Below, in pieces: positions 9,708-20,447 of a stretch of DNA of 59,703 nt (position 1 is its first letter; each line of letters opens with the position of its first letter). A program made the translations under genes and the position numbers. Below the pieces are notes generated by a model. The model was given only the letters and a program-made list of their open reading frames with translations. It ran no database searches and was not told the DNA's origin. The stretch is from Thermoproteota archaeon (GTDB lineage Archaea; Thermoproteota; EX4484-205; JAAOZP01): assembly GCA_049700215.1 (NCBI GenBank), contig JBNAVT010000009.1, forward strand, positions 1-59,703, read 5' to 3'.

Positions 9708-10531
9708 TTCTGGAAAACCTCCATGAGGATGCTGCTGATCGCGTCGAAATCTTCCTCTAGGCCGGTGAGACCAGCCTCCTCCTCCAGCTCTATGAGGAAG
9801 GGCTTCCGTAGAGAAGACTTTTCAACCAGCTCATCGTCTGAGAGAATATCCCTGAGTCTTCCGTCGCCGATTACTTCCCCCCTGGTTAATACTATGGCTC
9901 TCTCACATATGCTTGCCGCGAAATCCACGTCGTGCGTTATCACTATTACACACCTTCCTTCCGAGACGATGCTTCTCAAAACCCTGCGGATATTCAGCTT
10001 CTGAGCGTAATCCATCCCTATGGTCGGCTCGTCAACTATTAGCGCCTCGGGACGCCAAGCCATTATTGAAGCGATTGCAAGCCTCTTCTTCTCGCCGCCG
10101 CTTAGTTGAAACGGGTTTCTGCTGCGATACTCCTCCAGCCCGAAGACGCTGAGGACTTCTCGAACAATCTTATCCGCCTCCTTCTCGGAGAAGCCGAAGT
10201 TTCTGAGGCCGAACCTAACCTCGTCCTCAACCTTCTCGGCGAAAAACTGATGTTCAGGATTATGGTTCACGAAGCCTATTTTCCTAGCTATTTTCGCGAC
10301 GGACAGGCTCCTCGTATCCACACCGTCTATCTTGACGCTTCCCTCTGTCGGTTTAAGAAGACCGTTCAGGTTTTTCGCAAGCGTAGTCTTTCCAGCGCCG
10401 TTCTCGCCAAGTATCGCGACGCTCTCCCCCTCTTCAATTCTGAAGCTGATGTTTTTCAACGCGTAGTCTAGGGCTTCAGGATAACGGAAGTAAAGGTTCT
10501 CCACAACTATTTTAACCATTCTTGGACCCAC
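9695..10531 (-). CDS. ecfA: ECF transporter ATPase
   Basis: GENGAGKT, LSGGEKKR, DEPT. Confidence 0.9.
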   Translation of the reverse strand: MGPRMVKIVVENLYFRYPEALDYALKNISFRIEEGESVAILGENGAGKTTLAKNLNGLLKPTEGSVKIDGVDTRSLSVAKIARKIGFVNHNPEHQFFAEKVEDEVRFGLRNFGFSEKEADKIVREVLSVFGLEEYRSRNPFQLSGGEKKRLAIASIMAWRPEALIVDEPTIGMDYAQKLNIRRVLRSIVSEGRCVIVITHDVDFAASICERAIVLTRGEVIGDGRLRDILSDDELVEKSSLRKPFLIELEEEAGLTGLEEDFDAISSILMEVFQKCRS

Positions 10532-11390
10532 TACCCCCCAGCATTGAGGCCAGTTCTTTAACCGTGGCAGGCGGGTTTTTCAACCTGCATTTCTCTTTAA
10601 CCCGAAAGTATATTTGGAGGAGGGGAGGAATGTTTATCGGGATTCCTCTCCTAAAGCTTTCTTCAAGAACCCTCAGGGGATCACCGTCCAGAACCACCCT
10701 GCCTTCAGAAACGACGACTATTCTGGAGAGATGCTTGAGCAACAGGTCTATCCTGTGCTCCACGATTATCACGGTGATTTTTCCACCGGTTTCGCTAAGG
10801 CTTCTTTTAAGCTCAAAGATCCTCTGAATCAGGCTTGCAGACGAGGAGGGATCCAGCATTGAGGTTGGTTCATCAAATATCAGTAGGGAGGGCTTCATGG
10901 ACAGTATTGAGGCGATCGCGGCCTTCTGCTGCTCCCCGCCGGAAAGATTGTTAGGAGACGAGTGTCTCAAATGCTCTATTCCGACAAGCCTTAGAGCCTC
11001 GTCAACCCTTCTCCCAATCTCGTCAGACGGGAGGGCGAGGTTCTCAGGCCCGAACGCGACATCATCCTCAACGCTGAAAGTGAACAGCTGGTTGTCAGGA
11101 TTCTGGAAAACTATCCCGCAGCGCGTGGCCATCCTGCTTACAGGCGTGTTCTTCACGTTCATTCCGAAAACATAGGCCTCGCCCTCGAGCTCCCCCGGGT
11201 AACTGTGGGGAATCAGACCCATTAGGACCCTCGCCAGGGTGGATTTACCGCAACCCGAGGGGCCTGTTATAAGCACGCTCTCCCCCTCTTCGACAGTTAG
11301 GTCGACACCGGATAATGCTTGCTTCTCTGAGCCCGCGTAGCGAAAACACAGTTTTCTCAGCTCCACTGCCGCCATCTCTAGTTTTGCCAA
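10512..11390 (-). CDS. ecfA: ECF transporter ATPase
   Basis: GPSGCGKS, FQNPDNQLF, DVAFGPEN, LSGGEQQK. Confidence 0.9.
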   Translation of the reverse strand: MAKLEMAAVELRKLCFRYAGSEKQALSGVDLTVEEGESVLITGPSGCGKSTLARVLMGLIPHSYPGELEGEAYVFGMNVKNTPVSRMATRCGIVFQNPDNQLFTFSVEDDVAFGPENLALPSDEIGRRVDEALRLVGIEHLRHSSPNNLSGGEQQKAAIASILSMKPSLLIFDEPTSMLDPSSSASLIQRIFELKRSLSETGGKITVIIVEHRIDLLLKHLSRIVVVSEGRVVLDGDPLRVLEESFRRGIPINIPPLLQIYFRVKEKCRLKNPPATVKELASMLGGSGSKNG

Positions 11391-11461
11391 AGACTACATG
11401 AAGGGTTTAAAAAGCCTAAGTCGGGGGCCGAGTAGTGTAGACATTCTGAACAGCAGGGGGT

Positions 11462-11827
11462 TTAAGCGGGGGTTCCTCCCCTGCTTCCTGCGAGAGCATT
11501 CTTCAACTCGTTTTCAAGCTCAGCGGCTCTCTCCCTAATCTTACTCTCCTGCCTCTCGATCGCGCTTATCCTTACTTTGACTAGCTCCATCTGCTCGTTC
11601 AGCTCGTTTATCAGCTCGGCTCTATTCTTCTTAACGAGTATTCTCCCAGTTATCCGGTAAACGGGCGTGTTATCGTCTATTGAGGAAAGCTCTTCTAGGG
11701 CTGACTCCAGCTCCCTAGCCTCCAGCTTAGCCTGCTCCTTCTGAATATAGAGCGATTCCAACGTCTGTTGAAGCTGTTGAAGCCTTGACAGTTTTTCCTG
11801 CAGTTGGAGAGGCAGCTCTTGGGACAT
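11462..11827 (-). CDS. pfdB: Prefoldin beta subunit
   Basis: Coiled coil with VYRITGRILVK hairpin; exosome operon context. Confidence 0.9.
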   Translation of the reverse strand: MSQELPLQLQEKLSRLQQLQQTLESLYIQKEQAKLEARELESALEELSSIDDNTPVYRITGRILVKKNRAELINELNEQMELVKVRISAIERQESKIRERAAELENELKNALAGSRGGTPA

Positions 11828-11877
11828 TATCAGGTCTTAATCCTTAGGGTGCGTGCTTAAAAACATATTTCTCCGGA

Positions 11878-12135
11878 TCAGGAGGCTTGCCGGCGCCTTG
11901 ATTCCAGGATCCTGCCCGCCTGTTCAGCCATGTTAATCAGGCTTAGAATACTCCTTGTTCTCTCAGCGATTTTAGAAGGGCTGCTGCTTTTAAAGAAAAG
12001 CAGGAGCCTTTTTCCTTCAACCCTCGCCCTCACGCCGGACCTGGGTTCTGAGGCTGCTTCCTGAAGACACGCTGAATAAAGGGATTCCGCCACCTTTTCG
12101 TCCCAATACTTTAGAACAATCTTAACCCTTATCAT
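11878..12135 (-). CDS. pcc1: KEOPS subunit Pcc1 (probable)
   Basis: Size and conserved position between rpl37ae and pfdB. Confidence 0.6.
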   Translation of the reverse strand: MIRVKIVLKYWDEKVAESLYSACLQEAASEPRSGVRARVEGKRLLLFFKSSSPSKIAERTRSILSLINMAEQAGRILESRRRQAS

Positions 12136-12398
12136 TTAAAGCCCGGCTTGGACGCGCTGCTAACGATTCTTGCCGCGGTTTCACCGGTTTTCGTAACAGG
12201 CTCGTAAGCCCCTCCGGCGAACGTGTACCCGCACTTCCTGCAGCTCCAAACCCCTACGCTAAACCTTTTGAGGAAACCTGTGTCACACCTTGGGCAGCTG
12301 TACCTTGCCCTCCTCTTTTTAAGAACCCGAACATATCTTTCTCTGAGCGAGAAACCGTATTTTACGCCCAGTGCTCCAGACTCTTTCTTCCTAGCCAT
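12132..12398 (-). CDS. rpl37ae: Ribosomal protein L37ae (eL43)
   Basis: KYGFSLR, CPRC, GVWSCRKC, FAGGAY. Confidence 0.95.
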   Translation of the reverse strand: MARKKESGALGVKYGFSLRERYVRVLKKRRARYSCPRCDTGFLKRFSVGVWSCRKCGYTFAGGAYEPVTKTGETAARIVSSASKPGFK

Positions 12399-13218
12399 TT
12401 CCAGCAGTAAGCTGCCCGTAGGCGACTGTTCTTAACTCTTTCCCCAGCTCCACGGATCTGTCGAGCAGCTCAATGACTTTCCTGGGGGGAATCATTCCTC
12501 CCCCGTTCTTCTGGATTGCGCAGAACCTGTCGTCGGATTTAACGGTCATGGAGACTGTAAAGTCTGAAGCATACTCCTCGTTGAGACAGGGGTCTACGAC
12601 ATACTTATCCTCTAGGAAAGCGTAGGTTATTGAGACAGGATGATCCTTGAGCTCGAGTTTAAAGTATTCGTCGGTCTTCTTAATGGCCTGCCCTTCTACA
12701 ACGTATTTAGGCATGTTGGTAATGCCCAACGCGTTTACGCTCGCTATTACTGAAGCGTCAATAAGGTTGCCATCGTAGTCAAGAATGTAGAGGTCAACGT
12801 AGAGCGAGTAGACGGATCTTCCGGGGACTATGCAGAGCGAGGAAAGATCTATTGACTTAGACTCTCTAATACTCCTATCCACGTATCTCGAGAGGGATAT
12901 TGACTCCTCGGAGGGCGGGCCGGGTTCGAAAACCGGCGAGGCCAGTGGAACCAGCTCCGCGTTCACGATTAGAATGCCCTCGTTAGGCGTGTCTGCAAAG
13001 GGCACTGCAATCCCGACTTTAACGGCGGCCAGAACCTTAGTGTTGCCGAGCTCGACTAGGGCTGAACCCTCAGCTTTCTCCACATACCCCAGTTGAACGC
13101 TAATATTCCTGTATTGAAGAGGGCTTCTCCCGTCAATCCTCTTGTTCTCCGCCAGGAGGCGCTTTAGCTCCTGCTGCTCGAGCTTAGAGATTATTGGCTT
13201 CTGCTCAGTTATAGACAT
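12391..13218 (-). CDS. rrp42: Exosome subunit Rrp42
   Basis: RIDGR, AEGSALVELGNT, DYDGNLIDA. Confidence 0.95.
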   Translation of the reverse strand: MSITEQKPIISKLEQQELKRLLAENKRIDGRSPLQYRNISVQLGYVEKAEGSALVELGNTKVLAAVKVGIAVPFADTPNEGILIVNAELVPLASPVFEPGPPSEESISLSRYVDRSIRESKSIDLSSLCIVPGRSVYSLYVDLYILDYDGNLIDASVIASVNALGITNMPKYVVEGQAIKKTDEYFKLELKDHPVSITYAFLEDKYVVDPCLNEEYASDFTVSMTVKSDDRFCAIQKNGGGMIPPRKVIELLDRSVELGKELRTVAYGQLTAGNG

Positions 13219-13952
13219 TAAGTCTCCCTCCTCTGTACTGAAAACCTTTCCCTAAGGGCGTCAACCTGCATCTTATGCATTTTCTGAGTGGCCGTTATAG
13301 CGAGCGACAAGGCTTGCTCAACCTCCTCTTTCGACATGATTCCGTCCATTTGAAGCAGAGTTATCCCGTCTAGAGTCGGGTTGTAGGCTATAGGCATGTC
13401 TGCCTCCCCATACTTGTCCTCAAGATCGTTAAGGTCCACGATTACTTTCCCGTCAGCCTTGCCGACTGCGCATGCTGCAGCCAAGCCTCTCAACGGTATT
13501 CCCGCGTCCGCTAGCGCTAATACTGCTGCAGTCAGGCCTGCGCAGCGAGTGCCGCCGTCAGCCTGCAGAACCTCTATGAAAATGTCTATCACAGTCCTGG
13601 GGAAGAGTGAAGTCATCACAAGCGGTTCCAGAGCGTTTCGAAGAACCATTGAGAGCTCTATCTCCCTCCTGCTTGGAGCAGGGCTCTTTCTCTCCGTGGT
13701 TGAGAAAGGCGCCATATGGTAGCGGCATCTCAAGATGCATCTGTCTGGTAGCGAAATGTGTTTCGGCAACGCTTCCTTAGGACCGTAGACTGCCGCGAGA
13801 ATCTTGTTCTTCCCCTGCTCAATATAGGCTGAGCCCTGAGCGTTAGACAACACTCCCACTTTAATCCTGATGGGCCTAAGCTCGTCGAGACCCCTGCCGT
13901 CAGTCCTCCTGCCTTCTTCGTTGAACAGAACAACGTGTTCCACCATTTCCAC
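13218..13952 (-). CDS. rrp41: Exosome subunit Rrp41
   Basis: RTDGR, AAVYGP, MAPFS, QADGGTR. Confidence 0.95.
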   Translation of the reverse strand: MEMVEHVVLFNEEGRRTDGRGLDELRPIRIKVGVLSNAQGSAYIEQGKNKILAAVYGPKEALPKHISLPDRCILRCRYHMAPFSTTERKSPAPSRREIELSMVLRNALEPLVMTSLFPRTVIDIFIEVLQADGGTRCAGLTAAVLALADAGIPLRGLAAACAVGKADGKVIVDLNDLEDKYGEADMPIAYNPTLDGITLLQMDGIMSKEEVEQALSLAITATQKMHKMQVDALRERFSVQRRET

Positions 13953-14653
13953 TACACCCTCCTTCCCGTGAGCAATGCTTCCACTCTTTCAGTTAAACCG
14001 TATACGTGCGACTCTTTCTCTATCATTCCAATCACCTCCTTGACTTTCATGACTATGTTTAAGTCTTCAGAATGGACTATTAAACGACCGTTCTGGCCGA
14101 CTGTAAGCTTAACGTTGGCACCCTTCTCTATGGTGGAAAGCATTGAGCCTTTTTTCCCTATTAGACGCGGAACTTTCGAAGCAGTTATGCTAAGCAGGAA
14201 TCCGTTTGAAACAACTCCAAGCCCCTTGCCCTTCAGCGTTAGAACTGGGGATGAGAAGATTGAAGCGTCTTTAACAAGCCCTACGAGGACTGTTCCCGCC
14301 TCCAGAACCCTTCCCATACTGTCCCTCGTCAGGCGAATCCTTTTCTCAGGGTATTCCGATAATGGTAGAAACGCTAGGAAAGGCGAGTTTATGTCAACCG
14401 TCCAGCCTGCTGTACTCGGTTCCTTAACAATCCCCACAACCAGGTCTCCAACCTTAGGCTGGTAGAAGGATTTTAACGCTACAACGTCGACGCGCTTCCC
14501 GTCGGTTCTAACCAGCCCGACGGTGGTTGCAAGCATCCTGTCCGACAGCCTGTAAACGTTTAAGCCAGGCATGTGGAACCTACTGTCACCAACATACTCT
14601 CCCGGTACGACTATGGGTCTTTGTCTCTGTTGCTGTTCGTTACTCCGCAACAA
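13952..14653 (-). CDS. rrp4: Exosome RNA-binding subunit Rrp4
   Basis: VVPGE, S1 and KH (VPRLIGKKGSM) domains. Confidence 0.92.
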   Translation of the reverse strand: MLRSNEQQQRQRPIVVPGEYVGDSRFHMPGLNVYRLSDRMLATTVGLVRTDGKRVDVVALKSFYQPKVGDLVVGIVKEPSTAGWTVDINSPFLAFLPLSEYPEKRIRLTRDSMGRVLEAGTVLVGLVKDASIFSSPVLTLKGKGLGVVSNGFLLSITASKVPRLIGKKGSMLSTIEKGANVKLTVGQNGRLIVHSEDLNIVMKVKEVIGMIEKESHVYGLTERVEALLTGRRV

Positions 14654-14686
14654 ACCTTAGCCTCCTTCCTATTGCTAGGGTGATGC

Positions 14687-15376
14687 CTAAGCCCCTATAT
14701 CAACTTTTACCTGGTCGCTGTACTTCTTGCCGAGGCTCTCTAGAAAGTGGGACATGGTTACAGAAGGTACTCTAACGGTGATTTTAACGCTTTTATCCTT
14801 CTGAACCCTGGTCTGGTCGACTTCCCCCATTGAATTCGCAAACCCGTAGACGTCGTTAGACAGCGTCTGGGGACATGTCAGCGTTAAAACAACCTCGTTT
14901 ACCTTAAACTGGAGAACCTGTCTTAAAGCCTTAACCACGTTCTTAACCTGCTCCTCAGGAGGCTTAAAGGGGTCTATCGAGACACTGGTCTGGCTGAGAG
15001 ACTGTTCTATTCTAAGAGAAGGAATAGGATTGCCCGTGGAAGGCTCCAGCAGGAGTTTAGAAAGCATTGCCACTATCTGCTGCCTCTTGCTTTCAATCAT
15101 TCTGCGCCTCTGCTCCCCTGTAAGCTGCAGATCTCCTTCTCTAAGTATTCTTTCAGCTATCGTGTACACGTCCGTCGTTCCAAAGAATCTTTTAAGCTTC
15201 TCAGACGGTATGCGAAGCCCCTTTTTAGAGTCTGAGTAAACCTCGTCGACCAGGAGTATCTTCCTTACATCACCCTTTCCCGTCAGCTTAAAGTTTAGAG
15301 CGGGGTCGGGTGCGACAATGATCTCGAACTTCTCACCGTGAAGCGTAAGCCGGCTTATTGTTGAAGGCCTGCTCAA
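14687..15376 (-). CDS. sdo1: Ribosome maturation protein SBDS/SDO1
   Basis: GEKFEIIV, FGTTD, LQLT.EQRR. Confidence 0.92.
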   Translation of the reverse strand: MSRPSTISRLTLHGEKFEIIVAPDPALNFKLTGKGDVRKILLVDEVYSDSKKGLRIPSEKLKRFFGTTDVYTIAERILREGDLQLTGEQRRRMIESKRQQIVAMLSKLLLEPSTGNPIPSLRIEQSLSQTSVSIDPFKPPEEQVKNVVKALRQVLQFKVNEVVLTLTCPQTLSNDVYGFANSMGEVDQTRVQKDKSVKITVRVPSVTMSHFLESLGKKYSDQVKVDIGA

Positions 15377-15383
15377 TTCTGCT

Positions 15384-16088
15384 CTACTTCGCCTTCTCGA
15401 AGTATTTTTTAGTCTCCTCGTAGCTTAGAACCCTGAACTTCTTCTCATCAGTCCTGATTACGCCGATTCTAAGCCTGTCGGGAGCAACCTCATCCTTCAA
15501 AACCTCTATGCTTCCCTTTATACCTAGGGTTATTGCTTCGTCAAGGCTTTTACTAATGGCGTAGTTGTCTCTAAAATATTTCAATATGTCTTCCCTACCG
15601 ACACCGATGGCTGACGCGAAATACTTGAAGTATATCCCAGTCGGGTCAAGCTGATACAGGCTGGCTCCAACCATATCAACACCCCCAATAAGCATGGAGA
15701 TCCCGAAAGGCCTCATTCCAGCATGCTGCGTATACGATTGAACAGTGTTGCTGAGCCTCCTGACGAGAAACTCAACGTCAACAGGCTCATCATAGAGAAG
15801 CCTGTTAACCTGAGCCTCATTCCTAGCATACTCTACGAGAAGCCGCGCATCCGAGTTGAAACCAGCCACAACCGTAGCAATATGCTCATCGATCTGAAAC
15901 AGCTTCTGGCTGAAAGTCCTATCCTGAAGCATATCAATCTTCTTCTCCAAACCAGCTAGCACAATACCCTCCTCAACTTGAATCCCCCACGCAGTCGGAC
16001 TATTATTAACCATAACCATCGCGTAGTCGACCTGGAGGATTCTCCCGTCGGGTGAGAATCCGTATAGTCTTTCGTAGCCTGGTATCAT
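15384..16088 (-). CDS. psmA: Proteasome alpha subunit
   Basis: FSPDGRILQVDYA, RPFGIS. Confidence 0.95.
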   Translation of the reverse strand: MIPGYERLYGFSPDGRILQVDYAMVMVNNSPTAWGIQVEEGIVLAGLEKKIDMLQDRTFSQKLFQIDEHIATVVAGFNSDARLLVEYARNEAQVNRLLYDEPVDVEFLVRRLSNTVQSYTQHAGMRPFGISMLIGGVDMVGASLYQLDPTGIYFKYFASAIGVGREDILKYFRDNYAISKSLDEAITLGIKGSIEVLKDEVAPDRLRIGVIRTDEKKFRVLSYEETKKYFEKAK

Positions 16089-16120
16089 AATTTCCTCGGG
16101 GATAAGGGTTAACCGTCCCT

Positions 16121-16465
16121 TTATAATCTTTGCCCTACAATGTGAGGCTCAGCGTCACGGCAGAACTTGCCGAAAGCCTTCTTCACAGTGCCTGAAACGC
16201 CGATTATTCTGATGCCGGAGGAGGGCTTGGCGGCGGCAAGCCTGTTTAACAGGCTTCTCACGTAGGGTACAGCCTTATGCGGGCACTTGGCGACGAGAAC
16301 CCCCCTTTTTTCGCGAACCACTTTAAAACGGAAACCCGGCTGGTGTTTTTCACACTCATCCTTCAAGAGTTCAATAAGCATCCTATAGTCTTCAGGCGGA
16401 ACGTTTTCCATCTTAAGCACCACGTATCTGACCCTATACTCTTTAACAGGCATTAGCCTCGTCAT
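16121..16465 (-). CDS. RNase P protein Pop5/Rpp14 family
   Basis: RYVV...VSGTVKK motif; located upstream of psmA. Confidence 0.7.
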   Translation of the reverse strand: MTRLMPVKEYRVRYVVLKMENVPPEDYRMLIELLKDECEKHQPGFRFKVVREKRGVLVAKCPHKAVPYVRSLLNRLAAAKPSSGIRIIGVSGTVKKAFGKFCRDAEPHIVGQRL

Positions 16466-16522
16466 GCTAATGTTTCCAGGCGGGAAATAAACCTATATAG
16501 TGTTGCGGAAGGCATTTATTGA

Positions 16523-18991
16523 GTGAAGGAAAGCGGGATGAGTGAGAGAAGAAACCTTATGCTGGTTTCCGCCTCGTATGACGGAGAGAACAGGAGGATA
16601 GTTTTGAAGCTCTATGATCCTGAAAAACAGGAGATCATGCTTTTCCCCTCGAGTGAAAACCACCAGCCCTACTTGCTGACTGACCTGAGCATGGAGGAGT
16701 TGACGAATAACCAGCAGCTCGTGAGCCATCACGGCTTCGACAGGATTGAAGAGGTTAGGAAATACGATTTGCTGGAGGACAGGGAGAGAGTCTTCAGGAA
16801 GATTATTGCTAAGGACCCGCTTTCTATAGGTGGTACAGCAACATCCATAAGGGAGATCGTTGGTAGAGCATGGGAGGCTGATATTCACTACGTTTGGTGC
16901 TATATTTACGACACGGGGAAGAAGCCTGGGCTTTACTATTCTATTTCCGACGGCAAGCTGGTTGAGCAGCCTGTTGAAACAGTCTTGGAGGAGGCTGTTA
17001 AGACGCCTGGTTCAAATTATCCGGAGATTAAGGAGCTTATTGAAACACTCAACCAGCCAATACCCTTCGTCAAACTGTCCTCCATAGATATAGAGGTTAA
17101 ACCACCTGGTCCAAACCATGTTCCCGACGCTAATAAGGCTGAGGACCCGGTGATAGCTGTCGCCTTCAAGCCTAACGCGGGAGCTGCGAAAGTCTATGTT
17201 CTAGATGGTTTTGACGGTGAGGAGGACGATGGGGCTAAGAAGATAATTCACGTGTCTGACGAGAAGAGGCTTCTAGCAGAAGTTTTAAAGGAGATTAGGA
17301 AATACCCTGTAATAGTGACTTTCAACGGGGACAAGTTTGACCTGCTTTACCTATACAATAGGGCGGGTAGACTCTCTGTCGAGGGCGAGATGCCGTTGGA
17401 GAGGGGCCGGGACTATGTTGACCTGACGCACGGGGTTCACATAGATCTTTACAGGGTTTTCTTCAACAAGTCTATTCAGAACTATGCTTACGGCGGGGTT
17501 TACAAGGAGGCTACGCTCGACGCTATTGGGAAAGCGTTAGTCGGCAAGGGTAAGATAGCTTTAGAGGAGGACATTGGGTTGCTTAAGCCTAGGGAGCTTG
17601 CTGAATACTGTTTCAGGGATGCTGAGATAACTTTCGACCTGATCGCTAACAAGAACTATCTTCTTCTTAAGCTGCTCATCCTTTTCATGAGGATAAGCAG
17701 GCTCCCCCTGGAAGACGTGGTTAGACACGGTGTTTCAACATGGATTAAAAGCATGCTTCTAAGCATACACAGGAGGAACAACTACCTGATACCTCGGCAG
17801 GAGGATATTCTACAGTTTAAAAGCGAGAGGGTGTCTGAAGCAATAATAAAGGGTAAGAAGTACAGGGGCGCGATAGTGCTTGAGCCAAAGCCCGGTCTGT
17901 ATTTCAACCTTGTTGTTCTCGACTTCGCCTCCCTTTACCCAAGCATAATAATGAATTTCAACATAAGCTATGAAACAGTTAGGTGTAGGCACGAGGAGTG
18001 TAGAAGCAACACGCCGATGAACTCTCCACACTGGATATGCAGGAAGAGAACCGGTATTGAGAGCTCGATAATAGGCGCCCTGAGAGAGCTGCGCGTCAAG
18101 TACTATCAGCCCCTTGCGAGGAAAACCAGGGACGAGGAGAAGCGGTCTTTCTACGATGTTGTGCAGAGAGCGATAAAAGTATTTATAAACGCGAGCTATG
18201 GAGTAATGGGTGCGGATTCCTTCCATTTCTACGCGCCCTGTGCAGCTGAAACAGTAACATGGATAGGCAGAGGCATTTTCACGGAGCTTGTTGAAACCGC
18301 TAAGGCCCTCGGGATAGAGGTTGTCTACGGAGACACTGACTCCATATTTCTAAGAAACCCTAAGCCGGAGGAGGTGGAGAAACTCATCGAGTTTGTAAGG
18401 AGCAGGTACAGTATTGAGCTTAATATTGATAAGGTTTACCGCTACGGGGTTTTCAGCCAGCGTAAGAAGAACTATCTTGGGGTGACGGAAGACGGTAACG
18501 TTGACATAAAGGGACTAGTAGGTAAGAAAAGCTCAACCCCGAAATTCGTGAAGCAGGCCTTTCACGAAATGGTCAGCATTCTCAGCAGGGTTAGAAACGA
18601 GGAGGAGTTCAACTCTGCTGTGGCAAGCATAAAAAGCATGATGAACGACTATGTTGAGAAGCTTATGAACAGACAGCTGAGCCTTGACGAGCTTGCTTTC
18701 GACGTTATGCTGAGTAAGCCTGTGGACAATTATGATAAAAGCACTCCTCAGCACGTTAAGGCGGCTAAGCAGCTTGAGAGGGAGCTCGGTGTCAAGGCTA
18801 AGGCGGGGGACATAATATCTTACGTCAAGGTTAAAACAGGCGTTAAGCCGGTTAAAATGGCAAGGATAGAAGAAATAGACTTAGACAAGTACTTGAGCGT
18901 TATGAGGGCTACTTTCGAGCAGGTTCTCGACCCGCTGGGAATAGAGATCGAGCCGCCTAGAAGGAGCCTAAAGCTTAAAGACTTCATGTGA
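16523..18991 (+). CDS. polB1: Family B DNA polymerase, PolB1 type
   Basis: DIEV exonuclease motif, DFASLYPS, NISYETVRC.H..C, KVFINASYG, YGDTDS, KKNY. Confidence 0.93.
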   Translation: MKESGMSERRNLMLVSASYDGENRRIVLKLYDPEKQEIMLFPSSENHQPYLLTDLSMEELTNNQQLVSHHGFDRIEEVRKYDLLEDRERVFRKIIAKDPLSIGGTATSIREIVGRAWEADIHYVWCYIYDTGKKPGLYYSISDGKLVEQPVETVLEEAVKTPGSNYPEIKELIETLNQPIPFVKLSSIDIEVKPPGPNHVPDANKAEDPVIAVAFKPNAGAAKVYVLDGFDGEEDDGAKKIIHVSDEKRLLAEVLKEIRKYPVIVTFNGDKFDLLYLYNRAGRLSVEGEMPLERGRDYVDLTHGVHIDLYRVFFNKSIQNYAYGGVYKEATLDAIGKALVGKGKIALEEDIGLLKPRELAEYCFRDAEITFDLIANKNYLLLKLLILFMRISRLPLEDVVRHGVSTWIKSMLLSIHRRNNYLIPRQEDILQFKSERVSEAIIKGKKYRGAIVLEPKPGLYFNLVVLDFASLYPSIIMNFNISYETVRCRHEECRSNTPMNSPHWICRKRTGIESSIIGALRELRVKYYQPLARKTRDEEKRSFYDVVQRAIKVFINASYGVMGADSFHFYAPCAAETVTWIGRGIFTELVETAKALGIEVVYGDTDSIFLRNPKPEEVEKLIEFVRSRYSIELNIDKVYRYGVFSQRKKNYLGVTEDGNVDIKGLVGKKSSTPKFVKQAFHEMVSILSRVRNEEEFNSAVASIKSMMNDYVEKLMNRQLSLDELAFDVMLSKPVDNYDKSTPQHVKAAKQLERELGVKAKAGDIISYVKVKTGVKPVKMARIEEIDLDKYLSVMRATFEQVLDPLGIEIEPPRRSLKLKDFM

Positions 18992-18992
18992 G

Positions 18993-19961
18993 ATGATAGG
19001 ACTGTTGAGCCCCAGCAGGGAGAAGCCTAAGGTGATCGTCGTCGGGACAGGCGGCTTCGGTAAAAACCATGTCAGGGTTCTTGCTGAACTCGGGGGACTC
19101 GGAGGAGTCTGCGACATAGATGTTGAGAAAGCCAGCACCTATGGCAGGCTTTACAACGTGCCCCACTATTCCAGTGTCTCAGAAATACCTGAGAACGTTT
19201 ACGACGGTGCAGTAGTCTCAACACCAACGTCTACGCATAAGGAGGTGGCTTTGCAACTCATCAATAAGAACTTCAAGTATCTGCTTATTGAGAAACCGTT
19301 CACGCCGAATCTCAGGGAGGCTTTTGAAATCATCAGCCAAGCCAGGAGGGAACGCGTAAAGCTCATGGTGGGGTTCATCGAAAGGTTCAACCCTGCGGTA
19401 AGCATGGTTAAGAATTATGTTGGTGAAGGGGCGGTTGGGGAGATAATCATGGCTTCAGCAATGCGTGTCAGAAGATGGCCTGAGAGAGTAACTGATCTAG
19501 GGGTGCTGCTGGACACTGCAATACACGACATAGACTTGATGAGACACGTTTTCTCAGAGGACCCTTTGAAGGTGTACGCTAAGATGGGAAGGTCGATGCA
19601 CAGGATTCATGAAGACTATGCTACACTACTCCTGACTTTTAAGGCTGAGAAGATGGCTATAATCCAAGCTAACTGGCTGACACCCTTCAAGATAAGGAGC
19701 CTCGAAATAATAGGCTCAGAAGGAGTGATTGAGGCAGATCTGGTTTCTCAGCAAGTAACCCTGAGCTCTAAAGACGATAGGATAACCCCCTTTTCAGAGT
19801 GGAGCGAGCCGCTTAGGCACGAGTTGAAACACTTCTTAGAGTGCATTGTTAACGGTGCAAACCCCAGCCCCGGGGAGCAGGATGCTGTTAAAGCCTTGGA
19901 GATAGTTGAGTCAAGCTTCAAATCCTCTGAAACAGGCAACGTCGTCAACATAGGCACGTAA
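18993..19961 (+). CDS. Gfo/Idh/MocA family oxidoreductase
   Basis: GTGGFG, IEKP, GFIERFNP, DTAIHDID. Confidence 0.9.
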   Translation: MIGLLSPSREKPKVIVVGTGGFGKNHVRVLAELGGLGGVCDIDVEKASTYGRLYNVPHYSSVSEIPENVYDGAVVSTPTSTHKEVALQLINKNFKYLLIEKPFTPNLREAFEIISQARRERVKLMVGFIERFNPAVSMVKNYVGEGAVGEIIMASAMRVRRWPERVTDLGVLLDTAIHDIDLMRHVFSEDPLKVYAKMGRSMHRIHEDYATLLLTFKAEKMAIIQANWLTPFKIRSLEIIGSEGVIEADLVSQQVTLSSKDDRITPFSEWSEPLRHELKHFLECIVNGANPSPGEQDAVKALEIVESSFKSSETGNVVNIGT

Positions 19962-19993
19962 CCTTTTTAAAAAACTGTTAAGAGGGTAGCTTA

Positions 19994-20386
19994 ATGTTGA
20001 GCAGGAGGGGGAACACTGGAGGAGCCGTTTCGGAGGAGAGTACTGGTTTTAGCAGCAGGCTTATCAGCCTCTGGCCCGCGTTAGTCCTCTCAATACTCTA
20101 CTTGCTTTCCCCTGTCATATCTGGGGGGGAAACCTACAATCTGGTTATTGCAGGGCTCCTGATAATGGGCTCCTCCGTGATAGGGCTGGTGCTCGGCTCA
20201 AGGCTTAGGAAGATCGTTCGCTACGCGTTCATAGTGGGGATCGTTATCGGGATTGCGGGAGTCTCACCGCCATTGTACTTCGCAACCGTCCAAGGGCTGG
20301 TTTCCCCTGTAGAGCTAGCTTTAAGCGTGGCTTGCATCATCCTCACTATAATAGCTGTTTTAAAACAAGGTCTTGGCTTGTTTTAA
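19994..20386 (+). CDS. Hypothetical membrane protein
   Basis: Four hydrophobic helices. Confidence 0.6.
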   Translation: MLSRRGNTGGAVSEESTGFSSRLISLWPALVLSILYLLSPVISGGETYNLVIAGLLIMGSSVIGLVLGSRLRKIVRYAFIVGIVIGIAGVSPPLYFATVQGLVSPVELALSVACIILTIIAVLKQGLGLF

Positions 20387-20447
20387 GCCGTATTTTATTA
20401 AACGTTAGAAAAGTTAATTACCTACTAGTGACAATAAACCATTTGAG

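Noticed and set aside
11398-11452. Possible C/D-box sRNA (ATGAAG...CCGA...CTGA)
   Set aside because: Weak box matches, and the region probably overlaps the ecfA promoter; cannot be supported.
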